From Amoebidium appalachense (taxonomy: Eukaryota; Protista; Ichthyosporea), in contig CAVNZM010000012.1 of NCBI GenBank assembly GCA_963693365.1, forward strand, positions 3,423,617 through 3,487,616: a stretch of 64,000 bases of DNA, read 5' to 3'. Positions 10,694 through 19,473 of this stretch are shown in pieces. The notes beneath the pieces were generated by a model. That model did not search any database. It was not told the DNA's origin and saw nothing but the letters and a program-made list of their open reading frames with translations. The position numbers were made by a program, and so were the translations under genes. Numbering within the stretch: position 1 is the first letter of the stretch; each line of letters starts with the position of its first letter.

Positions 10694-11101
10694 ATGTATC
10701 TGGTACTGGTCGTGTGTGTCCTATGCGCGCTGACGTTTGCTGCAATCGCGGCTCGGCACCGGGTGGCGTCGGGATGGCGATCGTTGCGTGCGACGATGGA
10801 AGGTCGCCCACTGCCCGACCCTGGACCCTACGCGGGCTGCGATGCAATCACGTGCGGACAGGCGCTGTACGACAAGTACCTCGCCGAGGGCTTCGACGCT
10901 GACAGCGAGACCGTCCCGGACTGCCGCAGCTGCCCCCGGGTCCACATATCGAAGAAAAACGGGCTCCGCTACTGGGACGTTAACAAGGGCGAGTGGTTCT
11001 CACAGACGCTTCCATACCAGGCCTTCGCCGCGAACTTGCGTGGCAGGTGCGCCTGGACCGCCCGCGTGGCATCCGCGCTGCGCCGCGAGCCGCTCAAATA
11101 A
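10694..11101 (+). CDS. Small protein with N-terminal TM helix and CxxC
   Basis: MYLVLVVCVLCALTFAAIAA, DCRSCP. The stop overlaps AATAAA. Confidence 0.65.
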   Translation: MYLVLVVCVLCALTFAAIAARHRVASGWRSLRATMEGRPLPDPGPYAGCDAITCGQALYDKYLAEGFDADSETVPDCRSCPRVHISKKNGLRYWDVNKGEWFSQTLPYQAFAANLRGRCAWTARVASALRREPLK

Positions 11102-11147
11102 AGCTTGCCAAACAGGACTGTGTGCGATTTTCATGTGGGTCTACCAA

Positions 11148-12101
11148 ATGGACTTGCCCCCGTCCCAGGTTTTCCCCCGCCGCCCCAGCGTGTCCACCTG
11201 GGTGTGGTGCCTGTGTGCCCTGTTCGTCCTCATCGTCATGTACGACGCCAACAGGCCCCGCTTAATCCGCTACATCACCACCCTCAAGTGCAGGCGCCCC
11301 TGCGGCATATGCAACAGCTGTCCGGTCTGCCCCCCCGAAAAGAAGTGCCCGGATTGCCCCACCTGTCCGACGTGCCCCACCCTGGCCCCCACAAAATGCC
11401 CCACGTGCCCGACCTGCCCAACCTGCCCCCCCAAGGAGAAGTGCCCCGACTGTCCCACCTGCCCCAACGCCCCCACCGTTGTCGTAAAGAAGGAAGATCC
11501 GCCGGCCATGAGCATGCTGGGAAACGGCAACAAGATCGTGGCGCCCAGCACAACCAGGGAGAAGGTCGTGTCGCCCGACGGTCGGTACCAACTGGTGCAG
11601 GGGGCAGACGGGAACACAATAGTCGCCGAACGCGGCACCAACAAGGTCCTCTGGGCACACAACAAGATCAACAAGAATTGCTCGCCCTACTCCCTCGTCA
11701 TGCAGGAAGACAACAATCTGGTGGTGTACGACGCGAACAGTAAGGTCATTTGGGCGTCAAACACCTACCGCAAGGGGAAGGTGGGCACGGCGGTCCTGAC
11801 AATGGAGAACGACGGCGTCGCCTATGTGCGCGATGCCGACGGCACCGTGCTCTGGAAGTCGGGCCAGCCGGTGTCCGGACCCAATTGGGTGCAGCGATTG
11901 GATGTCGGGCACGCCGGTAGCGATATTCGGTCGATGAAGGGATCGGTGGACGAAGTGAAGAACGCGTGCGTCGCAGAACCGAAATGCAAGTCTTTCTACT
12001 ACTCGACCAAGGATAATACTGGATGGCTCAAGACGGTTGGCGAAGCCGACTCCAAATTAGCTTCGTATCCGGGCAACAGCACATGGTTCCTCACGCGTTA
12101 G
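11148..12101 (+). CDS. Membrane-anchored lectin: TM, CPxCP stalk, bulb-type (GNA) mannose lectin domain, PAN/apple domain
   Basis: CPTCPTCP repeats; SPDGRYQLVQGADGN...LVMQEDNNLVVYD...IWASNT; CVAEPKCKSFYY...WLK. Confidence 0.85.
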   Translation: MDLPPSQVFPRRPSVSTWVWCLCALFVLIVMYDANRPRLIRYITTLKCRRPCGICNSCPVCPPEKKCPDCPTCPTCPTLAPTKCPTCPTCPTCPPKEKCPDCPTCPNAPTVVVKKEDPPAMSMLGNGNKIVAPSTTREKVVSPDGRYQLVQGADGNTIVAERGTNKVLWAHNKINKNCSPYSLVMQEDNNLVVYDANSKVIWASNTYRKGKVGTAVLTMENDGVAYVRDADGTVLWKSGQPVSGPNWVQRLDVGHAGSDIRSMKGSVDEVKNACVAEPKCKSFYYSTKDNTGWLKTVGEADSKLASYPGNSTWFLTR

Positions 12102-12287
12102 CGACGCCAACGGCACCGTTCGCTGGAACGGTCGGCGTGTTCTTCGGGCTGGGGTGTGATGATGTAACCACACACACCCCGATTGGGTGGGTGCTCAGGG
12201 GGTTTCCTTGATTGGATGAGATCTCTCATGAGGAAATCGCGATTGGTCAGTGACGTCATCGTGTCCCAAGCGACCACGGTTAATAAA

Positions 12288-13433
12288 ATGGCTCGAAGAA
12301 TCGCGGAATCGCATCGGACAGACAAAGAACCGCACGACAATCGAAGAATGGCGCTTATCACCGAGGCACCGTACTTTCTGCTCAAGGAGGAGGTCGACAA
12401 CCCAGACCTCGAAGCCAACGTCAAGGCACACCTGTTCCACCCCACCGTAAAGATCGACTTCTCGGCCAGGAGCACTGTGGAGGTGATCACCCTGGACATT
12501 GTCGCCCTCTTCTCGCGCGATTTGAACCAGTCCATCACCATCAAGCTGCCATCCGGCCTCCGCCACCTGTGCATAACGAGCGCGTGGGACGACCAGTCGG
12601 AGGAGGACGATCGTCTGGTCCAACTCAACAGATCAGAGCTTTTCGAGGCTGACGCCACACTGCACCTCGTGGGCTTCGACGCCTGCAAGGCGCTCGAGAC
12701 CGTCGACGTCACCTTCTACGGTGACCTATTCATTGAGGGCGTCATCACGAACGCCTCTGCCGTCCAGCTGTCCGCGTGCTTCGTCCGCGGCCGCATCTCA
12801 AACTGCAAGACCGTGCGCATCACACACGTCGACACCGACCTGCCCAGCGACGACGAGGAAACCTACACCGACTCCACACCCCCCGTCCTCTTCTTCAGCG
12901 CAGTCGAGCGTCTGACCATGACGAACCAGTTCACCCCATGGCAAGTACACGACATGGACACCCTCGTCGCAATCCGCGTCGTCTGGACCGCCTCTTTGAT
13001 GCGCGCCATGCACACGCTGTGCCGCCTGCGCCACCTGCGCATCGTCTGGATCGTCGCCAGCCCCTACCACCCGCGCGTTCGCGGCATTTGCCTGCCCGAG
13101 CACCCATCCGTCCTGATCATGGAGGGGTTCGCAAGCGTCACGTTCACCGCCTACTCGAAGGCCGTGCCCCTTCCACGCCTCGTCACGCCAATCACCTCGG
13201 ATCCCGTGGTCGTCGATCTGGCAGGCGACAAGTGGCGCGTGGGCGAGACGCCCAAGTTCTACGAGGTCGCGCACGAGCTGTTTGCACGCGGGGCTGACCG
13301 CACACGTGCAAGCCTGATCGCGCACACGCTTGCACACGCACAATACACACACAGAGCAATACAAGCACACGCACAAGCACGTGCACGACACGCAGCACAA
13401 CACGCTCACACCCGGGCTGGTCCCGCTGCTTGA
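12288..13433 (+). CDS. Hypothetical protein, possibly a degenerate LRR/beta-solenoid
   Basis: Long ORF with GC3-biased codons and LxxLxI motifs (LPSGLRHLCI, LCRLRHLRI). CCAAT/CRE promoter upstream. Confidence 0.65.
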   Translation: MARRIAESHRTDKEPHDNRRMALITEAPYFLLKEEVDNPDLEANVKAHLFHPTVKIDFSARSTVEVITLDIVALFSRDLNQSITIKLPSGLRHLCITSAWDDQSEEDDRLVQLNRSELFEADATLHLVGFDACKALETVDVTFYGDLFIEGVITNASAVQLSACFVRGRISNCKTVRITHVDTDLPSDDEETYTDSTPPVLFFSAVERLTMTNQFTPWQVHDMDTLVAIRVVWTASLMRAMHTLCRLRHLRIVWIVASPYHPRVRGICLPEHPSVLIMEGFASVTFTAYSKAVPLPRLVTPITSDPVVVDLAGDKWRVGETPKFYEVAHELFARGADRTRASLIAHTLAHAQYTHRAIQAHAQARARHAAQHAHTRAGPAA

Positions 13434-13527
13434 ACAAGAACCACACAACCAAAACTCAGACGGGCTGCGCCCCTCCTTGTACCAATCGCGAAATAAAGAC
13501 AAAGCCTTTTTTATTTGTGCACGAAGT

Positions 13528-13809
13528 ATGGCGTACCGCTGGGAATACAAGCTCAAAGAGGAGCCAGGCAAGGCCCCTGTCATCCAGGCCACCGTAGTCC
13601 CCACAGAGGAAACGCAACGCCACACTGAGCGCGAGAAGCAGCGCTACGCCAGGGAGCTCGCGGAGAAGGGCTACATCGACCTGCCCGACGAGCTCGCGCG
13701 CAAGTGCGGGTTCAAGCACTGGGTGCCCAAGAACCAGGCCATGACCGCGATCGTCATGCAGCGGATGCTAGAGCCCGACGAGGAGCCGGAGAAGCCCATG
13801 GAAAAATAA
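13528..13809 (+). CDS. Hypothetical protein
   Basis: GC3-biased ORF whose stop overlaps AATAAA. Confidence 0.6.
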   Translation: MAYRWEYKLKEEPGKAPVIQATVVPTEETQRHTEREKQRYARELAEKGYIDLPDELARKCGFKHWVPKNQAMTAIVMQRMLEPDEEPEKPMEK

Positions 13810-14064
13810 AGAGAACTAGACAGAGCAAGTTCCGATTGGCGACAGATCGGGAGGGTTTGGGTTGCACTGATTGGTGCAAGATCATTCCGATTCGATTGTT
13901 CTATTGGTGGATCTTGTGTTCACTCTTTATGTTGCTCTTGTGATTGGTTGATGGGGTGAGATCTGATTGGCTTGATGCTAGCGCGACTTCCGGTATAAAA
14001 ACTTACCACGCAAGAACAGACACCAGTTGGCCTTTCCATTTTCACAAAAACATCATGCTCTGTT

Positions 14065-14937
14065 ATGAAAATGCCGGCGCGCATGGAACTGGCCCGCATC
14101 GCCACGGAGGACGAGCTCACGAGGTACCTAGACCTCAAATTTGAACGCATTACACAATCCAGGGGCGTTGGGCGGGATTGGTCGTTGCTAAGAGAGCCGA
14201 GATTGGACAATGAACACAGGGCGGCCATTCCCATTCTATCAAACGGACAGATCAGTGTCCAGAGTGTTGTTGTAAATGGCATGACTCGTTATCAGCGCAA
14301 TGAACGTTCCATCCTCAGCCACATCGACCTGTACAAGCCCGGACACCCCGTTACCGACCCGACCCTCAGCGACTACTACTATGAATTCGACACCATGCTC
14401 AGCAACACCGAGGCTGGCGGGGAGTATGGTTACGATCGTGAACGAATGCCCCCCATATACGCCACCAAGCTGACCAGAGACGGATGGGTCTTCTGGAACG
14501 TTTTGGGGGATCCCGACTTGGATGAAGTGGATGGTGTGGCGCCTGCCATCTCCAGGAAACCCTACTGGGTCATGTCCAACCTCCTGTTTGAGGACGTCGT
14601 ACGCACTCCCCCGTCCCCTGCCGTGCCTCCGTCCACCCTGCAAGAGTGTGCCTACCGCGTCGGGATCGAGCACGGTGCCCCCGTTTCGATGGCCCCCGGC
14701 GCTGCGGCCGCTCAAGACTTCACCACCGCGCTTGACGACTGGGACTCCGAGTGGCTCGACCCGTTCTTCGCACGGGTCGCCCATCAGGTCGAGAACGCGG
14801 GTCTGCCGCTAAGGGACGCCGTGTTGGACACCGTCCACGCCCGCAACCGCACAACCGAGTTCTTCGGCCTGCCTCGCAGACTGAAGATGGAACCGACACC
14901 GTGGAACAACTCAGGCGGTGTAGGACACGCGCTGTGA
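14065..14937 (+). CDS. Hypothetical protein, family paralog 1
   Basis: Shares RI.TEDEL, KLT.DGW.FWN, PYWVM, EHGAPV.M and TPW.N.G..GHAL with 15278-16045. Confidence 0.8.
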   Translation: MKMPARMELARIATEDELTRYLDLKFERITQSRGVGRDWSLLREPRLDNEHRAAIPILSNGQISVQSVVVNGMTRYQRNERSILSHIDLYKPGHPVTDPTLSDYYYEFDTMLSNTEAGGEYGYDRERMPPIYATKLTRDGWVFWNVLGDPDLDEVDGVAPAISRKPYWVMSNLLFEDVVRTPPSPAVPPSTLQECAYRVGIEHGAPVSMAPGAAAAQDFTTALDDWDSEWLDPFFARVAHQVENAGLPLRDAVLDTVHARNRTTEFFGLPRRLKMEPTPWNNSGGVGHAL

Positions 14938-15277
14938 AGATGGCTCGCTATGGCTTTGTCCCTTCGCGGCTGGGCCCGCTTTGTATAGTAAACCAATAAA
15001 CTATACCCAAAGCCATGTCTTGTGTGTGACTGCTATCACGAAGTTATCTTTGTGTCGGTTTTGAGTGCCGAAAGCCATGTCTTGTGTGTGACTGCTACAA
15101 TCATATTTGCTAAGCTTCCATTTATTGGTCATATATATTGTCCGTTGACAGTGGGCCCCCGTTACAGCCTGAAGTGTAGCACCAGACTGAGTCATTCTGC
15201 AATAGTGGTGACACATGATTTTATCCACTGGGATCGGCGCGACCGGTCCATGACCAAACATTTTGCGCCAAGGTTTT

Positions 15278-16045
15278 ATGACTGAGCACCGCTGGGATGT
15301 GGTGCGCATCACCACGGAGGACGAGCTGATGAGGTTTATAGAAAGCGCGCGCTGGGAATTCGAGGGTGTCCGGATGGCTGTTCCTACAGCCACAACGACG
15401 CGCACAACCAGTGTCAAGAGTATCGTTGTACGGCACATAGAACGCAGGCGTTGTAACTTCAACTTTGCGTACGACCACAGCCACCCCGCATACGACAAAA
15501 CAAGCAGTCCGTTTTGCTTCGAGATTGACCTCAAACCCGACGACGAAGTGGACGACAGCGACGAAGACAACGGAGACGAGGCAAACCTCTCTGCGAATTG
15601 GCCTCTCCTGTACACCATCAAACTGACCAGCGATGGGTGGATCTTTTGGAATGCAAACGGCGTGCGCGAACTGGACGGTGTTGCTTCGGCACCACCAGGT
15701 GTCTCCCGAAGGCCCTACTGGGTGATGAGGGCGCTTCTCTTTGAGGTCTTCGTTGGCGTCCCGATCCCGGACCCGCCCCCCGCCCCGTTGGACACCGCCG
15801 ACCACGCCGGGGTCGAACACGGGGCGCCTGTGCCGATGGGCCCCGGCGGCATGCACGTCGAAGACCTCGGCGCCGCGCTTGCCGACTGGGACTGGGTCTG
15901 GGGACTATCCGAAACGGTCCGCGACGCCGTCTTCGACGCCGTCTACGCCCGCAACCGCACGCTCCAGTGGGAAAGCGGGCCCACGGCCGCACTGTCCAAC
16001 GCGACCCCCTGGAGCAACGCCGGCGACATTGGCCACGCGCTTTGA
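15278..16045 (+). CDS. Hypothetical protein, family paralog 2
   Basis: Tandem paralog of 14065-14937. Confidence 0.8.
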   Translation: MTEHRWDVVRITTEDELMRFIESARWEFEGVRMAVPTATTTRTTSVKSIVVRHIERRRCNFNFAYDHSHPAYDKTSSPFCFEIDLKPDDEVDDSDEDNGDEANLSANWPLLYTIKLTSDGWIFWNANGVRELDGVASAPPGVSRRPYWVMRALLFEVFVGVPIPDPPPAPLDTADHAGVEHGAPVPMGPGGMHVEDLGAALADWDWVWGLSETVRDAVFDAVYARNRTLQWESGPTAALSNATPWSNAGDIGHAL

Positions 16046-16243
16046 TGGCTCATCGTGAACTGCATTTGATTGGTGCGCGATCTGGTGTAGCGCCAGGGGA
16101 TTGGTTGATTTACCGTCGCTGGATCTATTGAATCTATTGCGCAATTTCTATTGGGTCCCTGTGTTATATATTGCACACCCTCTTCACAACCCGTCTCATT
16201 TCAACGCAACCAGGTTACAGTGCACACCAAAACACGCCAAAAA

Positions 16244-16699
16244 ATGACGGACACACTCCTGCGCCCCGATGCGCATGACACCGAAAGATGCCCTGCGTTT
16301 GCTCGCTCGACGCTGGCGCAGTGCAAAAACAGGAAGGTCAAGTGCTCGGTACACAAGGACGCAAAGCCTTGGCTGTGTTGCGACTCCGCGTCCGGCGTGC
16401 TCCTCTACAGCGACGGCACCATCAACATCTACCGCGCCCACAAGGCCGGCGACTACGCCCATGCCAACATGCTGCTTGCCGGCATCAAGGCCGTCCTGGC
16501 CGTCCAAGAGCAGCCCGCCACAGCCAGCGCCGGCGTGCCCGCGCTCGACGTGTCCACCCCGGGCCCGTCCGCCCCCGCGGCCGCAGCGGCGGGTGGGGGC
16601 GTCGAAATACAGTACTGCCAGGGGACGACCAAGCGCGGCAGGCCTTGCCAGAACAGGGTGAGGGGCACGACCCACTGCCACGTGCACACGCGCGGGTAG
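16244..16699 (+). CDS. Protein with two C3H zinc-knuckle motifs (DUF5763-like)
   Basis: RCPAFARSTLAQCKNRKVKCSVH and YCQGTTKRGRPCQNRVRGTTHCHVH. Confidence 0.7.
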   Translation: MTDTLLRPDAHDTERCPAFARSTLAQCKNRKVKCSVHKDAKPWLCCDSASGVLLYSDGTINIYRAHKAGDYAHANMLLAGIKAVLAVQEQPATASAGVPALDVSTPGPSAPAAAAAGGGVEIQYCQGTTKRGRPCQNRVRGTTHCHVHTRG

Positions 16700-16844
16700 A
16701 CTTGTACAATAAAGCGGCCCCTGTGGGGTTTATTCAAAACCATGTCTTGTGTGACTGTGTGTATTAGAACACGTGCCTCTCCAGGAAGCGGACTGGGTAG
16801 ACCTTGACCGGGCGCATGTCGCCCTGCACCATCATCATGGTCTC

Positions 16845-17642
16845 CTAAGGCTCGCCTCCCTCTTCCTCGCGCCACTTCTTGGCCACATAGCGGCCCACTG
16901 TGCTGCTGGTCTTATCCTTTATCCCGTTCTCCACCAGAAATTTGCCCACCGTGACATAGTCCGTCAGCGCGGGCCCCTCCACCGCTCTAGGCCCACTCGC
17001 GGGCACAAGGATGTTGGCAACCGCGTCGTTGAGCAGCATGCGCATGCGCGGGTCCCGCTCCAGGCCAAACTCCTCGAGGAGGCTGCGGTAGCTCCGGATG
17101 TTCTCCACACGCATGCGCCCGTTCTCGATCAGCAAGCGCTCGACCTCGGCCTCCTCCCGCTTCACGCGCAGGCGACGCTCCTCCTCCAGCTCCTCGCGGC
17201 GGCGCTTGCGGTCGGGGGTCTCGTCGGTGCCGTTGCGGAAGAACTCACGCTCCTCGGGGGTGCTGTTGTCGTAGCGGGCCTCGATCTCGGGGATGAGGGA
17301 GACGTCGCCGGAGAGCAGACGGGCTATGTAGGTGGCACACGTCCTGCGGAACTCGTGGGCGCGCTTGCCGGGGAGCAGGAAGATGATCTCGAGGAGGACA
17401 CGGAAGGGGGCCACATCAGTCTCGTTGCCCTTCCCGTTTATTTTCAACCCGTGAGTCTGCCTCACGAGTTCACTCACGGGTGGATCCTTGGTATCCCTCA
17501 GGGCCTTCCAGGCTTGGCGAGCAGCATCACGGTTTCCAAGAACAATTGTTGCTGTATCCAACACACTCGCCATCTTGGTACCCTCGTCAACACGTAGGAC
17601 ACTGCCCTTGAACTGGGGAAACTCCTTCCACAGAAGCGACAT
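16845..17642 (-). CDS. KilA-N/Bro-like DNA-binding protein with coiled coil
   Basis: ASVLD...KINGKGNETDVA...LLEIIFLLPGKRAHEFRR..A.YIARLLSGDVSLIPEIEAR, a family common in NCLDVs and endogenous giant viruses. Confidence 0.75.
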   Translation of the reverse strand: MSLLWKEFPQFKGSVLRVDEGTKMASVLDTATIVLGNRDAARQAWKALRDTKDPPVSELVRQTHGLKINGKGNETDVAPFRVLLEIIFLLPGKRAHEFRRTCATYIARLLSGDVSLIPEIEARYDNSTPEEREFFRNGTDETPDRKRRREELEEERRLRVKREEAEVERLLIENGRMRVENIRSYRSLLEEFGLERDPRMRMLLNDAVANILVPASGPRAVEGPALTDYVTVGKFLVENGIKDKTSSTVGRYVAKKWREEEGGEP

Positions 17643-17714
17643 GTCGCCTTTTTTGTTCTGCTCGCCGACTGACTGGTTCTGCCCGGCGTTGCTCTGTTAT
17701 ACCTTCCACGCCCC

Positions 17715-17970
17715 TGCTCGCGTCGGCGCTTGCGCTCGGGGGTCTCGGCGGTGCCGTTGCGGAAGAACTCGCGCTCCTCGCGCGTGCTGCTGTCGAAGCG
17801 CGCCTCGATCTCGGGATCAGCGACAGGTCTCCGGCCATCAGGCGCGCGATGTAGGTGGCGCAGGTCTTGCAGAACTCGTGCGCGCGCTTGCCGGGCAGCA
17901 GGAGGATGATCTCGAGCAGGACGGGGAAGGCAGCAACGGGGGTCAGTTTACCAGTGCCATTGATCCGGAC
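17715..17970 (-). pseudogene. 5'-truncated, frameshifted KilA/Bro-like paralog
   Basis: RINGTGKLTPVAAFPVLLEIILLLPGKRAHEFCKTCATYIARLMAGDLSLIP, continuing out of frame as EEREFFRNGT. Confidence 0.75.
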
Positions 17971-17981
17971 ATGGGGGCAGC

Positions 17982-18083
17982 GGCCGCAACCGCGCGTTGG
18001 AGTTTGATGAATTGCCTTTTCTCGAGCAGGTTTTGGGTGTGACCCCCTGGAACAACGCGGGAGACGTGGGGCATGCGATGTGA
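17982..18083 (+). pseudogene. 3' remnant of a third member of the 14065/15278 family
   Basis: Translates GRNRALEFDELPFLEQVLGVTPWNNAGDVGHAM*, followed by AATAAA. Confidence 0.8.
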
Positions 18084-18185
18084 AGAATAAACCAGGACTG
18101 AGAGTCCCCATCTCTCCCCTCTCAGTCCCCATCATGATCTTTCCATACCATCGTGCGTGCATGACTGTGACATCAGTGCGATACA

Positions 18186-18863
18186 CTACAAACATCCGCG
18201 GTTCGCCCCATGAAGTTCCTGCCCCCGCATGGCCACAGACACAATGTCGTTGACCACATTGTACACGCTGAAACCATCTGCATGCGGATTGTAGCGCAGC
18301 CACCGGCACCCAAGCATCCTAGTTATGTGGTTCTGTCGCACCTCCTCGTACACAGGGTCGCGGTTATCATGGTTGTACTCGTCGCACTCTACCGCAAGGT
18401 TGAGAGTAAGGAAGTAGAGGTCGATGCGATATGGTTTGACGTAAAACTGCGGTGAACTCTCAAAGTATGCCGTGCACCGCCGGATCACAGATATCGTTTC
18501 ACTTTCGGTGTAGGTCTGCATCATTATACCAACTGGCAAGTCAAATGCACAAGCCCAAAGGGTTTTTTTGTCGGCTGAAGCTTTGCAGCCGGGTAGGATG
18601 GCAACAACTATCTGGCGTATACCGTTTGGTGATGCTACTGGGGTCGGTCTGCCTTTGCCGTTGATGCGGAGAACAACAAAAGCTTTTGGATCAGACGACT
18701 GGAACCGCTGCCATGCCTTCTTGGCTGCCTCGTTGCTCTCCAGAATCAACTGCAGAACATCAAGGACACTGGCCATCTTACTGGCCTTGTCGATACGGAC
18801 TTGGGCGCCCTTGGACTGTGGGAAGTCCTTGAAAAGAAGCGACATGTTCTGTTCGACAGTCAT
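18186..18863 (-). CDS. KilA/Bro-like N-domain fused to a DUF559/Vsr-like endonuclease domain
   Basis: LRINGKGRPTPVAS; PYRIDLYF..LNLAVECDEYNH...LGCRWLRYNPH. Confidence 0.8.
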   Translation of the reverse strand: MTVEQNMSLLFKDFPQSKGAQVRIDKASKMASVLDVLQLILESNEAAKKAWQRFQSSDPKAFVVLRINGKGRPTPVASPNGIRQIVVAILPGCKASADKKTLWACAFDLPVGIMMQTYTESETISVIRRCTAYFESSPQFYVKPYRIDLYFLTLNLAVECDEYNHDNRDPVYEEVRQNHITRMLGCRWLRYNPHADGFSVYNVVNDIVSVAMRGQELHGANRGCL

Positions 18864-18903
18864 GGTGTGCGAGACTGGGTGAGTTTATTCGCGTGTGGCC
18901 CTT

Positions 18904-19407
18904 TTATGCCCTCTCTGGCTCGTGTGTGCTTTCGTGGTGTTCTAGGAAGTTGCTTCTGTTGGTACCATAACCACACCCTGCACGCGAACACCTGTACTTG
19001 TATGCATCTGTGTGGTGTCGGACATGCACTGCCAAGTTGGATTTGCACCGGGCACGGTGAGTGCATCCCTGCACCGGGCATGCATACGGGCGAGTGGCAG
19101 TATGCTTCATTATATGGCGGCGCAGATGAGTGCTACAGGTGGCGTTGTAAGAACATCCTTGCACGGTGCACGGATACAAATAGGCGCCTGTGTGTGACTG
19201 TACGTGTCTCTCCAGACCCTGCGCACTCCTGTATCGCTTGCTGCATCCCTCTTTAGGGCATACGTGTCGTTTGATTCCCGCATGCATGTCTACATGCCCG
19301 GCCATGTTGCCGTTCCGCTTGGTGCTATATCCACACCCGTCCACCGTGCAGCGATACACCTTATATGTCAGACCAGGATCCTGCTTGCTGGACACAGCGG
19401 AACACAT
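18904..19407 (-). CDS. C2H2 zinc-finger protein, ~5 fingers
   Basis: Repeated CxxxxC...HxxxH with HTG/HAG-type linkers. Confidence 0.9.
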   Translation of the reverse strand: MCSAVSSKQDPGLTYKVYRCTVDGCGYSTKRNGNMAGHVDMHAGIKRHVCPKEGCSKRYRSAQGLERHVQSHTGAYLYPCTVQGCSYNATCSTHLRRHIMKHTATRPYACPVQGCTHRARCKSNLAVHVRHHTDAYKYRCSRAGCGYGTNRSNFLEHHESTHEPERA

Positions 19408-19473
19408 CCCTCTATTAGGCACACAAAATACTGGATTCACAAATCCAGGTCCAAAAAATATTATCTATACCCT

